Shown here in pieces: positions 10,658 through 19,944 of a stretch of DNA of 64,000 nt. Under the pieces are notes generated by a model. That model was not told the origin of the DNA and searched no databases. It was given only the letters and a program-made list of their open reading frames with translations. The first letter of the stretch is position 1; each line of letters begins with the position of its first letter. The DNA comes from an uncultured bacterium (GTDB taxonomy: Bacteria; Krumholzibacteriota; Krumholzibacteriia; LZORAL124-64-63). The DNA lies in contig CAVSGO010000006.1 of the NCBI GenBank assembly GCA_963727525.1, forward strand, positions 288,001-352,000, read 5' to 3'. The position numbers and the translations under genes were made by a program.

Positions 10658-12052
10658 GTGGATGGGTTCGTGATCACCGACACGACGCTGGTCGACGCCG
10701 ACACCATGCGCGACGCCAGCCTGCGTGTCGCCGGCGCGCGCATCGCCGAGGTGCTTCCAGCGCGTCTGCGCCGCGGTGATCTCGCGGATCTCTGTGCGCG
10801 CCACCAGCTCGCCGTCGTCGACGGCCACGACCGTTGGGTCATCCCCGGCGGTGTGGATCCGCACGTGCACTTCGCGCTGCCGGCCGGCGACACGGTGACC
10901 ATCGACGACTTCGCCTCAGGCACCCGTGCCGCCCTCGCCGGGGGCACCACCACCGTGGTCGATTTCGTCACGCCGGCTCGCGAGGAACCGTTGGTCGCGG
11001 CCACGGAGGCGCGGCTCGCGATCGCCGCCGACGCGGCCTGCGACTACCACCTCCACCTCAGCGCCACCGCCTGGCGACCGGGACTTGCCGACGAGTTGAT
11101 CGCCTGCGCCGCCCGCTTCGGCACGCGTTCGGTGAAGGTGTACCTGGCCTACCTCGACACCATCGGTCTCGCCGCTGACGTGCTCCCCGCGGTTCTGCGG
11201 GCCTGCGCATCCGCAAACCTCACCGTGCTCGTGCACGCCGAGGACGGTGCCGAGATCGCCCGCCGGCAGCGTGAGCTGCTGGTGGCGGGACAGAGCGGCG
11301 TGGCGTCGCATGCGCGCGCGCGGCCGCCGGCGACGGAGGCGCGCGCCATCGCCAGGGTTCTCGCCGCCGCAGCGACCGCAGGTTGCCGCCTCTACGTCGT
11401 GCACGTTTCCACGGGCGACGGCATCGCGGCGATCGGCAGTTCGCGCGCGGCAGGACAGGTCGTCTATGCCGAGACCTGCCCGCAGTATCTGTTGCTGGAC
11501 GAGTGCGTGTACGAAGGCCCGTTCGACGTGGCGGCTCCCTTCGTCATGAGTCCGCCGCTGCGCGGAGCGGCCGACCGTGCGGCCCTCGCGGGCGCCGTCG
11601 CCGACGGCCAGTTCGACGTCGTCGCCACCGACCACTGCGCCTTCACCCACGCGCAGAAGGCCCGCGGCCGCGACGACTTCACCCGCATCCCCGGCGGTGT
11701 GGCCGGTGTGGAGCACCGTCTCGCCCTCGCCTACACCGCCTTAGTCGCCACCAACTGCCTGGCCGCCACGGACTGGGTGCACCTGGTCAGCCGGCGGCCC
11801 GCCGAGATCTTCGGCCTCCACCCACGCAAGGGCAGCCTGGAGCCCGCCGCCGACGCCGACCTCGTGCTCTGGGATCCCTCGTTTGCCGGTACCATCCGCG
11901 CGAGCGAATCTCACAGCCGCTGCGACCACAGCATCTACGAAGGTATGGCCATCCGCGGTCGTCCCGAGCGCGTATGGTCACGAGGCGAGGAGGTCGTCAG
12001 GAACGGAAGCGTGAGCGCGACGACGGGACGTGGGCGCTACCTCGGGGCGTAG
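10658..12052 (+). CDS. hydA: Dihydropyrimidinase/hydantoinase (HydA/HyuA-like)
   Basis: PGGVDPHVH, GGTTTVVDF, VHAED, AETCPQYL, MSPPLR, ATDHC. Confidence 0.88.
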   Translation: MDGFVITDTTLVDADTMRDASLRVAGARIAEVLPARLRRGDLADLCARHQLAVVDGHDRWVIPGGVDPHVHFALPAGDTVTIDDFASGTRAALAGGTTTVVDFVTPAREEPLVAATEARLAIAADAACDYHLHLSATAWRPGLADELIACAARFGTRSVKVYLAYLDTIGLAADVLPAVLRACASANLTVLVHAEDGAEIARRQRELLVAGQSGVASHARARPPATEARAIARVLAAAATAGCRLYVVHVSTGDGIAAIGSSRAAGQVVYAETCPQYLLLDECVYEGPFDVAAPFVMSPPLRGAADRAALAGAVADGQFDVVATDHCAFTHAQKARGRDDFTRIPGGVAGVEHRLALAYTALVATNCLAATDWVHLVSRRPAEIFGLHPRKGSLEPAADADLVLWDPSFAGTIRASESHSRCDHSIYEGMAIRGRPERVWSRGEEVVRNGSVSATTGRGRYLGA

Positions 12053-12067
12053 CCGGGCGTGTCTAAC

Positions 12068-13290
12068 GTGCCACGAAGAATGTTGACGGGTCCAGCGCTT
12101 GCCTGGGCCCGTCCTCATGAACACCAAAACACTCACTTCATGCCCTACGCTTCCTCCCCACTGCCCCAACCCTAACTGCAAATACCACAAGCCTCAGCCG
12201 CAACCCTGGCCCTTCGCGCTCTTCGGCACGTTCTCCCGAAAATCCCCGCCCTACACCGTCCAGCGCTACCTCTGCCTGGCCTGCGGCAGGACCTGCTCAG
12301 ACCAGACCTTCCGCACCACATACTGGCTCAAACGCGCCGATCTCCTGCCCAAGGTCCACAAGCACGCCGTCTCTGGCGCCGCCAACCGCCAGATCGCCAG
12401 GCTCCTCGACACCTCGCCGACGACCGTCGACAACCTCCTCGCCCGCCTCGGCCGACACTGCATCCTCTTCCATCGACACCTGGTGTCCCAGGCGTCACCC
12501 TTCGTGGACATCGCCATCGACGGCCTCGTCACCTTCGAGCACTCCCAGTACTTCCCCTACGAGATCGTCACGGCCGTCGATCGCCCCTCCAGCTTCATCA
12601 TCCACTTCGCCGAGGCCGAGCGACGACGCAGCGGGGCGATGACCGACGAGCAGAAATGGAAACGGTCCCTCTTTGAACAAAACTATGGCCGGCCGGACCC
12701 CAGGTCGTTGATGCGGGCGCTGCTCGAGGTGCTCTCGGTCTCGCTCGACGGCGCCACCGAGGCCCACATCTGGAGCGACAAGCACAAGACCTATCCCTAC
12801 GCGATCGCGAAGCTACGGTATTGCAAGGTGATCCACGAGACGATCGACTCCCGTCAGCCGCGGACGAGTCGCAACCCGTTGTTCGAGGTCAACTTGCTGG
12901 ACATGTTGCTGCGGCATTGTCTGAAAGACCACACGCGGGAGACGATCGCGTTCGGGAAGCGACGCCAGCATTCGATCTACCGGCTGGCGATCTTCCTGGT
13001 GTGGCGCAACACGATCAAGTTGCGTCGGGAGAAGCGGTGCTGGAGCACGCCGGCGATGCAGATCGGGATCGCCACGAAGCCTTTGACCGAGGAGGAGGTG
13101 TTGTCGCGGCGGCTGTTCGTGTCGCATATCGAGTTGCCGCCGTTGTGGGATGACTACTACTGGCGACGGGTCGAGACGCGGCCATTGAAGGTGAACCGGA
13201 GGCACAAGCTGACATACGCCGCGTAGTGAGAAAGGCGGGCCTGGCCGGGAGTACCGGGGCTCAAGGCGCCAACAACATTCTTCTTGGCAC
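12068..13290 (+). mobile_element. Insertion sequence, 1223 bp, with 18-bp terminal inverted repeats and a 3-bp AAC target-site duplication
   Basis: IRL GTGCCACGAAGAATGTTG (12068-12085) vs reverse complement of IRR 13273-13290 GTGCCAAGAAGAATGTTG (17/18 match); AAC at 12065-12067 and 13291-13293; encloses one transposase-like ORF. Confidence 0.85.
12117..13226 (+). CDS. Transposase (Zn ribbon, HTH, DDE-like core; IS1/IS1595-like architecture)
   Basis: CPNPNC...QRYLCLACGR Zn ribbon; NRQIARLLDTSPTTV HTH; IAIDG, WSDKH, FEVN...LRH; C-terminal TPAMQIG; bounded by TIRs. Confidence 0.8.
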   Translation: MNTKTLTSCPTLPPHCPNPNCKYHKPQPQPWPFALFGTFSRKSPPYTVQRYLCLACGRTCSDQTFRTTYWLKRADLLPKVHKHAVSGAANRQIARLLDTSPTTVDNLLARLGRHCILFHRHLVSQASPFVDIAIDGLVTFEHSQYFPYEIVTAVDRPSSFIIHFAEAERRRSGAMTDEQKWKRSLFEQNYGRPDPRSLMRALLEVLSVSLDGATEAHIWSDKHKTYPYAIAKLRYCKVIHETIDSRQPRTSRNPLFEVNLLDMLLRHCLKDHTRETIAFGKRRQHSIYRLAIFLVWRNTIKLRREKRCWSTPAMQIGIATKPLTEEEVLSRRLFVSHIELPPLWDDYYWRRVETRPLKVNRRHKLTYAA

Positions 13291-13351
13291 AACTGAAGTC
13301 ATGGTAGGATCAGGGCCCATGGGTGCGAAACGTCCACACGAGGACCTGATC

Positions 13352-14323
13352 ATGAGCGGTCTCGCTGACGGTATCGGCGGTTTCCTCGCTCGCGAGGAGC
13401 CTGGGCCGGTGTTCGCGGGCCTCGCTGCCGGCGACCTCTTCGTGGCCACCGGGCGTGGGGCCCTGCAGGTGGTGATCGAGCAGACGGGCGCCCGGGTGCT
13501 CCACCTGCCCGACTGGCACTGCGATACCCTGCGTGAACCCGCCGCGCGGCTGGGCGTCGCGATCCGCACCTATCCTGTAGACGCCGCGCTCGGTCCCACG
13601 CGTGCTCCTGACCCCGGCCCCGGCGAACTTCTCCTCGTGATCGATGCGTTCGGGCTCCATGGCGAGGCGACCTGCGCGCTGGCCGACGCGTTCGGTGCGC
13701 GCCTCGTCGTCGATCGCACCCAGGCGATGTTCGCGGACCCGCCGGCCGGGGCGTGGTCGTTCGACTCGGTGCGCAAATTCCTCGGCGTGATGGACGGCGC
13801 CCGGCTGACCGGGCCCGCCGGCTGGCAGCCGCCGATCCTGCCTCCGGGGCCCGAGCGGTCGAGCGTGCACTTGGAGCTGCGGGCCGCCGGACTGCGCGAC
13901 GAGGCCTATACCGCCTTCGCCATGCACGAGGCGAGTCTGAGCGGTCCCCCGGTCGCCGCCACTGTGGCCACGCGGGCCATGCTCGCCCGCCTTGATCCCG
14001 CGTGGATCCGGTCGCGACGGCGCGCCAACTGGCGCCGCCTCCACGCGGCACTGGCGGAGCTGGGTACGCTCGACCTGCCTGCCGAGCATCCTGGCGTGCC
14101 TTTTGCTTACCCCTTGCTGGCGTCGACCGATCCCGACCGGGAGGCGATGCTCGCCGCCCGGGTCTTCGTGCCGACACTCTGGCCCGAGCGATTGCACGAC
14201 GAGGGCCGCGTCGCGACGATTGCCCGGCGGCTGCTCCCGTTGCCCCTCGACCAGCGCTACGAAGGCGATGCCATGGCGCGCGTCATTCGCGTCGCCAGAG
14301 CCGCGCTGGAGGTGAATCGATGA
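13352..14323 (+). CDS. DegT/DnrJ-like PLP-dependent transferase superfamily protein
   Basis: TGRGAL, LPDWHC, VVDRTQA, FDSVRKFLGVMDGA, RRRANW, LPLPLDQRY; ATG after GAGGA. Confidence 0.6.
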   Translation: MSGLADGIGGFLAREEPGPVFAGLAAGDLFVATGRGALQVVIEQTGARVLHLPDWHCDTLREPAARLGVAIRTYPVDAALGPTRAPDPGPGELLLVIDAFGLHGEATCALADAFGARLVVDRTQAMFADPPAGAWSFDSVRKFLGVMDGARLTGPAGWQPPILPPGPERSSVHLELRAAGLRDEAYTAFAMHEASLSGPPVAATVATRAMLARLDPAWIRSRRRANWRRLHAALAELGTLDLPAEHPGVPFAYPLLASTDPDREAMLAARVFVPTLWPERLHDEGRVATIARRLLPLPLDQRYEGDAMARVIRVARAALEVNR

Positions 14324-14578
14324 CCAAGCCGTGGCCGGGCCTCGTCCGCGCCGCCCTCGCCCTGCACACGGTCGTGGGAGTGGCGTCCCGGACGACCGGC
14401 ACCGGGCGGTCTCCGACGGGTTTGTCTCATTCTGGCGATGAGGACGGGCGTTCAGGGAAAAATCGGGAGTTGACCACTGGCTTTCAGAGGCGTGCCGACC
14501 TATCGTGGAACTGATCGCCCGTCGCACCTCGGTTCGTCGTCCCGTGCCGATCTGTGGGCTTTTCCGACCGGAGCCGTC

Positions 14579-16381
14579 ATGAAACTCGCCGCATTTCCTC
14601 CCGTGCACTCGTTCCACATCCCCGTGATGGGCACTGGTTTCACGATCGACACGCCGCTGAAGGTGGCGCGCTACGGCATTTCGTCGGTGGTGTCGCTGGT
14701 AGACGACGTGCTGATCGAGCAGGTACGCCGGCGGGTGAGCGACGAGAATGGCGAGCCCTGCGAACCCATCGCTGACCGTGACGAGGACGCGCGCGCCCGC
14801 CGCATCACCGCCTACCTCGACCTGCTCGACACGCTCGTCAAGCGGCAGGTGGAGCGCGTGCGGAGCGCGGCGTTCGAGGCCGGCAGCGAGATCGTACGCT
14901 ATTTCGAACTGTTGCCGCCGTCGCCTCTGCGTGGCCTGTACGAGGAGATGAGGTCGGTACGGGATCCGGCCCGGATGGCGCAGCTTCAGGAACGGCTGCG
15001 CGGCTTCGTGTCGCCGGGCGCGATCGACGTGAACATCATGACCAAGCTCGACCGCGACCGCGATCGCAGCGGCCGCAGCCTGCCCGAGCACGGTTCCGAC
15101 GCGCTGAGCGCATTGCGCGGCTTTATGAACAGCCGCGTCGACGCATCGGTCGTGCTGTCGGCAGGCATGAATCGGCGACTGTTCGCGTACATGGCAGAGT
15201 TCGACGGCATGTTTCCCGACGCGGGCGGGGCATTGCGCAAGCGCATCATCCTGAAGGTGAGCGACTTCCGCTCGGCCCTGTTGCAGGGCAAGCTGCTGGC
15301 CAGGCTGGGGCTGCACGTTTCGGAGTTCCGCGTGGAGTCGGGACTGAATTGCGGTGGCCACGCCTTCGGCGCCCAGGGGCAGCTTCTCGGCATCATACTC
15401 GACGAATTCCGGCGCGGGCGCGATGACCTGAACGAGACTCTGGGCGATGTGCGACGCCGGGCACTGGCCACGCTCGGCCGCGGCGACGACGGCTCGGAGC
15501 CTGGGCCGGCTCGCGTCACCGTTCAGGGCGGCATCGGCAACGCCGACGAGGATCGCCTGCTGCGCGAACGGTATCGCGTGGACGGCACCGGGTGGGCCAC
15601 CCCGTTCCTGTTCGTGCCCGAGGTCGTCAACATTGATCCCGCCAGCCTCGCGAGTCTGGAGTCGGCAGGCGAGGATGACATCGTCCTGAGTGGCGCGTCG
15701 CCTCTCGGCGTGCCGTTCTGGTCGTTGCGCACATCCGCCAGCGAGATGCGGCGACTCCACGGTATTGCCGACGGCCGGCCGGGTAGCCGCTGCCCGAAGG
15801 GCTATCTCGTTGCGAACACCGAGTTCTCCGAAGCCCCCGTGTGCACTGCCAGTCGTTTCTTCCAGAAGCGCAAGCTCGCGCAGATCGCCGCGTCGGCCAT
15901 GTCGAAGTTCGAGATGCGGCGCGCGCAGGAAGCCGTGGTCGCAAAGGCCTGCATCTGCCACGACCTCGCCGGCGGCGCCACCGGCCCGACGGGGATCGAT
16001 CCGCAGGCGACGACCGCCGTCTGCTGCGGTCCCAACGCCGCCTACTTCCGCGAACGCACCACCCTCGATGCCATGGTCGATCATATTTACGGGCGCGCGT
16101 CCCTCCCTCTCGCCGCCAACCGTCCGCACATGCTGCTCAAGGAACTGTCGCTGCACCTCGAAGCTTTGCGTCGCGAACTCGCTCGCCACGAGGAGCCGCC
16201 TGTCGGGTCGATCGCCCGCTCGATCGCCGGGTGCCGCGAAAACCTGCAGCGCGGCATCGAGCATTACCAGGAGCTGGCAGGCCAGATCGCCGCATCGCAT
16301 CGCGAGTCGTTCGTCAATCGCCTCGAGCAGCTGCGCAGTGAACTGGCCGATCTCCTGCCGGCGTGCGTGTCGCGGGGCTGA
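14579..16381 (+). CDS. Conserved hypothetical protein; possible FMN TIM-barrel (nitronate monooxygenase/FabK-like) with a Cys-rich C-terminal part
   Basis: HIPVMGTGFTIDTPLKVA, VESGLNCGGHAF, TVQGGIG, GTGWATPF; CPKGYL, VCTASR, CICHDL, CCGPN; ATG after GGAG. Confidence 0.6.
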   Translation: MKLAAFPPVHSFHIPVMGTGFTIDTPLKVARYGISSVVSLVDDVLIEQVRRRVSDENGEPCEPIADRDEDARARRITAYLDLLDTLVKRQVERVRSAAFEAGSEIVRYFELLPPSPLRGLYEEMRSVRDPARMAQLQERLRGFVSPGAIDVNIMTKLDRDRDRSGRSLPEHGSDALSALRGFMNSRVDASVVLSAGMNRRLFAYMAEFDGMFPDAGGALRKRIILKVSDFRSALLQGKLLARLGLHVSEFRVESGLNCGGHAFGAQGQLLGIILDEFRRGRDDLNETLGDVRRRALATLGRGDDGSEPGPARVTVQGGIGNADEDRLLRERYRVDGTGWATPFLFVPEVVNIDPASLASLESAGEDDIVLSGASPLGVPFWSLRTSASEMRRLHGIADGRPGSRCPKGYLVANTEFSEAPVCTASRFFQKRKLAQIAASAMSKFEMRRAQEAVVAKACICHDLAGGATGPTGIDPQATTAVCCGPNAAYFRERTTLDAMVDHIYGRASLPLAANRPHMLLKELSLHLEALRRELARHEEPPVGSIARSIAGCRENLQRGIEHYQELAGQIAASHRESFVNRLEQLRSELADLLPACVSRG

Positions 16382-16389
16382 CGCGGGCG

Positions 16390-17538
16390 TCAGCGTCGTA
16401 GCCGCTCCGCTGCCCGTTCCAGCGTCGTCATGGTCTTGCAGAAGGCGAAACGCAGCAGGCGTCGTCCCTCGGTGTGGTCGTCCAGGTAGAACACACTGGG
16501 TGGTATGGCGGCCACGCCGCGTGTCGCGATGAGGTGGCGGGCGAAGCTCATGTCGTCGGTGGCGGCGAGGGCCGTGAAATCGGCGAGCAGGAAGTAGGTG
16601 CCCGCGCACGGCGCGACGGCGAAGCCCACGTCTGTCAAAACACCGGCCAGGAAGTCGCGACGGGTGGTGTACTCCGTGCGCAATCCGCCGTAGTACGTGT
16701 CGTCGAGTTCCTCGAGGGCGCGCGCCACGGCCATCTGCATGGGGGTGACGGAGCAGAAGGTGAGGAACTGATGGGCCGCCTGCAGAGCGGCCACCATCGC
16801 CGCTGGTCCGGTGGCCCAACCGATCTTCCAGCCCGTGCAGGAGAGCGACTTGCCCGCGCTCGCCAGGCGCAGCGTGCGCTCGCGCATGCCGGGCAGCGTG
16901 GCGATGGGCACGTGGCGGCGGCCGTCGTAGGTGAGGTGCTCGTACACCTCGTCGGCCAGCACGATGAGGTCGTGACGGCGGCACAGGTCGGCCAGCGCCG
17001 CCAGCTCGTCGGGCGTGAACACCTTGCCGGTGGGATTGTGCGGCGTGTTGAGCAGCAGCATGCGAGTGCGCGGCGTGATGGCGCCGGCCACGGCGTCGAT
17101 GTCGAGGGCGAAGTCGGGAAAGCGCAGCGTCACCGGCACGATGCGGGCACCGGCCATGGCCGCGGTGGCCGGGTACGAATCGTAGATGGGCTCGAAGGCG
17201 ATCACCTCGTCACCCGGCTCGATCAACCCGAGCATGGCGGCGGCGATGCCCTCGGTGGCCCCGCTCGTCACACCCACCTCGGTGAGGGGATCGTAAGCCA
17301 GGCCGTAACGGGCTTCGATGGCCCGCGCGACCGCGCGCACCAGCTGCGGATGGCCCTGGGAGCGCGCGTACTGGTTCGCGCCCTCGCGCATCGCCTGCAT
17401 CGCCGCCTCCATGAGTAGCGGCGGGCCGTCGAAATCGGGGAAGCCCTGGGACAGGTTGATGGCGTCGTACTCAGCGGCGAGTCGCGTCATCTCGCTGAAG
17501 ATGGTGGTGCCGAAGGGGCGTAGGCGGCTGGCGATCAC
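16390..17538 (-). CDS. Class I/II aminotransferase (YbdL/methionine aminotransferase-like)
   Basis: TTIFSEMT, INLSQGFPDF, NTPHNPTGK, DEVYEH, SAGKSLSCTGWKIGW, RFAFCK; GTG after GAGAGG. Confidence 0.88.
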   Translation of the reverse strand: MIASRLRPFGTTIFSEMTRLAAEYDAINLSQGFPDFDGPPLLMEAAMQAMREGANQYARSQGHPQLVRAVARAIEARYGLAYDPLTEVGVTSGATEGIAAAMLGLIEPGDEVIAFEPIYDSYPATAAMAGARIVPVTLRFPDFALDIDAVAGAITPRTRMLLLNTPHNPTGKVFTPDELAALADLCRRHDLIVLADEVYEHLTYDGRRHVPIATLPGMRERTLRLASAGKSLSCTGWKIGWATGPAAMVAALQAAHQFLTFCSVTPMQMAVARALEELDDTYYGGLRTEYTTRRDFLAGVLTDVGFAVAPCAGTYFLLADFTALAATDDMSFARHLIATRGVAAIPPSVFYLDDHTEGRRLLRFAFCKTMTTLERAAERLRR

Positions 17539-17674
17539 GGGTCTACCTCTCGCGGTTTGCATCCGGTTCCTCAGCAGGAGCTTATCACCTCCCGACGCCG
17601 GCGCCAGCGGCGAGATCGGCGGTGTCTTCCTATCGTGACCGGGATTCACGATACCCAACCCGGGAGGCTTGCCG

Positions 17675-18457
17675 ATGAAGACGCTGCTCACCCTCGCCAC
17701 GCTCGGCCTGGCCCTGACGCCGACCGTCGCCGGCGCCAGGATCGTCACGAAGACGATCGACTACACGCAGAACGGCGTGACGTTCGAGGGCTACCTGGCT
17801 TACGACGACGCCAGCCAGGCGCCGCGCCCCGGCGTGCTGATCTTCCACCAGTGGATGGGGTTGACGGACTACGAGAAGATGCGCGCCGAGAAGCTCGCCA
17901 AGCTCGGCTACGTGGCCTTCGCGGCCGACGTGTACGGCAAGGGCGTGCGTCCCACCGATACGAGCGAGGCGCAGACGCAGACGAAGAAGTTCTATGCCGA
18001 CCGCGCCATGTGGCGCCAGCGCGGTCAGGCGGCCCTCGCGGAACTGCTGCGGCACCCCCAGGTGGACCCCGCGCACGTGGCGGCGATCGGCTATTGCTTT
18101 GGCGGCGGGAGTGCCCTGGAACTGGCGCGCTCGGGCGCCGATCTCGTCGGCGTGGTGACATTCCACGGAACGCTGAGCACGCCCACGCCCGAGGACGCGA
18201 AGAACATCAAGGCCAAGGTCCTCATCTGCCACGGCGCCGACGATCCCTACGTACCCCTCAAGGATGTGCACGCCTGCATCGAGGAGATGAAGAACGCCGG
18301 CGTCGATTACGAGGTAGCGCTGTACGGCGGTGCGGTGCATGCCTTCACCCAACCGGGCGCCGGCGACGATCCGAGCCAGGGCGCCGCCTACAACGCCGAG
18401 GCCGACCACCGCTCCTGGCAACTCCTGCAGGACTTTTTCGCCGAGATCTTCCCGTGA
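17675..18457 (+). CDS. Secreted dienelactone hydrolase family protein
   Basis: Signal peptide; GYCFGG nucleophile motif, CHGADD, HAFT. Confidence 0.9.
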   Translation: MKTLLTLATLGLALTPTVAGARIVTKTIDYTQNGVTFEGYLAYDDASQAPRPGVLIFHQWMGLTDYEKMRAEKLAKLGYVAFAADVYGKGVRPTDTSEAQTQTKKFYADRAMWRQRGQAALAELLRHPQVDPAHVAAIGYCFGGGSALELARSGADLVGVVTFHGTLSTPTPEDAKNIKAKVLICHGADDPYVPLKDVHACIEEMKNAGVDYEVALYGGAVHAFTQPGAGDDPSQGAAYNAEADHRSWQLLQDFFAEIFP

Positions 18458-18467
18458 TGCCGGAGCG

Positions 18468-19115
18468 TCACCGGTAGAACGACTTGATGGTGCCCCAGGA
18501 ACTCGGCTGCGCGGCGACGCCGTCGCACGCGTGTGGCAAGAGCACCGCGACGCCCGGAACCGACCACCCCTCGGCATCGCGCGTGACGTCGCCGACGGCC
18601 CCGCCGCCACAGAAGTTCATGGGCTCGATGACGAGGTCGCCGTCGACCAAGACGCCGATCGCCGGATAGCCGGGAAGCGAGGACGGTGTGGCGGGTCCCA
18701 CCTGGATGAACGTAAGCTCCGGCTGAACCAGGAAGTACAACTGCACCGAGAGGAGCAGCGTCGGTCCGGTCGTGGTAAGCGGCGTGCCGCAGCCGATTAT
18801 CACGTTGTACGGGTCCCACACGTCGATTCCGCAGGGCCAGGTGGACCCGAGGACCAGCGGCGCCGGATCGGCATCCGGTTCGATCCGCCAGGCGAACTCG
18901 TAGCCGCCGATCGCATCAAGCGAACAGTTGCGCAGCACGAAGTACATGGTGATTGGCACGGCGGGCGCCGTCTCCAGGCAATTCACCGTGTAACTTGACG
19001 AGTCGAAGTACACCCCGATCCCGTTCTCGACGTCGTCGCAGATGGCCTGGGTGATGTTCGGAAACGCCAGCGCGAGCGCGCCGGCCATGACGAGTGCACA
19101 GGAGATGCGTGGCAT
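18468..19115 (-). CDS. Secreted hypothetical protein (beta-rich, possibly cohesin-like) with C-terminal SWGTIKSFYR tail
   Basis: Signal peptide (...ITQA); RBS GGAGG; IGVYFD...YFVLRN...IGGYEF pattern; terminal WGxxK motif. Confidence 0.7.
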   Translation of the reverse strand: MPRISCALVMAGALALAFPNITQAICDDVENGIGVYFDSSSYTVNCLETAPAVPITMYFVLRNCSLDAIGGYEFAWRIEPDADPAPLVLGSTWPCGIDVWDPYNVIIGCGTPLTTTGPTLLLSVQLYFLVQPELTFIQVGPATPSSLPGYPAIGVLVDGDLVIEPMNFCGGGAVGDVTRDAEGWSVPGVAVLLPHACDGVAAQPSSWGTIKSFYR

Positions 19116-19209
19116 GCTTCAGCCTCCCTTGCCCCGGATGAACGCCACGGTCGTTGGCGATCTTACACCCCCGTAAGCGCGGAGACAACGGAGAGGCTGT
19201 GAAGATGGA

Positions 19210-19746
19210 TCAGGCGCGTCCCAGCATGCGCAGCAGGGTGGCCCGCAGGCGACCGGCGTAGATGTTCAGGAAGTGATTGCGGCGCAACGATCCGAATACC
19301 GGTGAACGGCGCGGCTCGACGCGTTGCAACTCCTGCTGCAGGGAGGTGTCGTGGCGGCCCAGCTCCATCGCGCGACCGAAGTGGCGGAAGGCGGCGCCGC
19401 GGCGCGAGTCGAGGAGATTCACCTTGCCCAGGGCGAAGTGCCCGGCGGGATCCTCGGGGTTGTCGCGGACGACCGTCCGCGCGATCTTGGTGGCCGTGTC
19501 CAGCCGCTCCCCCCGGGCCGCGACACTGATCGCGAGGTAGGCCAGCAACTTGGGGTGCTTGGGCTCGCGTGCGAGTCCCTGGCTGAGGTACTTTTCCGCC
19601 TCCGCGAATTCTCCCTCGGCAAGGAGTGCGGCCGCGGCGCGTACGATGCTCGCCATGACGTCGTCGGTTTCGTCTTCCAGCATGAACGTGGAGCCGGCAA
19701 ACGGGTCGCGGCCGCTGTCGTGCTTCAAGGATGGTCTGGCCGGCAT
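19210..19746 (-). CDS. Tetratricopeptide-repeat protein (start uncertain; 19683 also possible)
   Basis: Helical repeats AEAEKYLSQGLAREPKHP and PEDPAGHFALGKVNL...AAFRHFGRAMELG. Confidence 0.65.
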   Translation of the reverse strand: MPARPSLKHDSGRDPFAGSTFMLEDETDDVMASIVRAAAALLAEGEFAEAEKYLSQGLAREPKHPKLLAYLAISVAARGERLDTATKIARTVVRDNPEDPAGHFALGKVNLLDSRRGAAFRHFGRAMELGRHDTSLQQELQRVEPRRSPVFGSLRRNHFLNIYAGRLRATLLRMLGRA

Positions 19747-19944
19747 TTCGGCTCCGATCTGGGCTGGGTGTTGCCCCTGGATCGGCCCGTAACCTCTTTT
19801 CTTTAGAGGGATTCGGCCCCGGCCCCTTCTGCCGTCACCGCAGCCTCGCCGTGCTTCCACGCGCCCGGCGGCGTATGCGCGGTCGGGACGGAGGTGGCGT
19901 GCCGGACGAAGGCGCGGGACATGGGGACCGCCGCGGCGGTCGGG

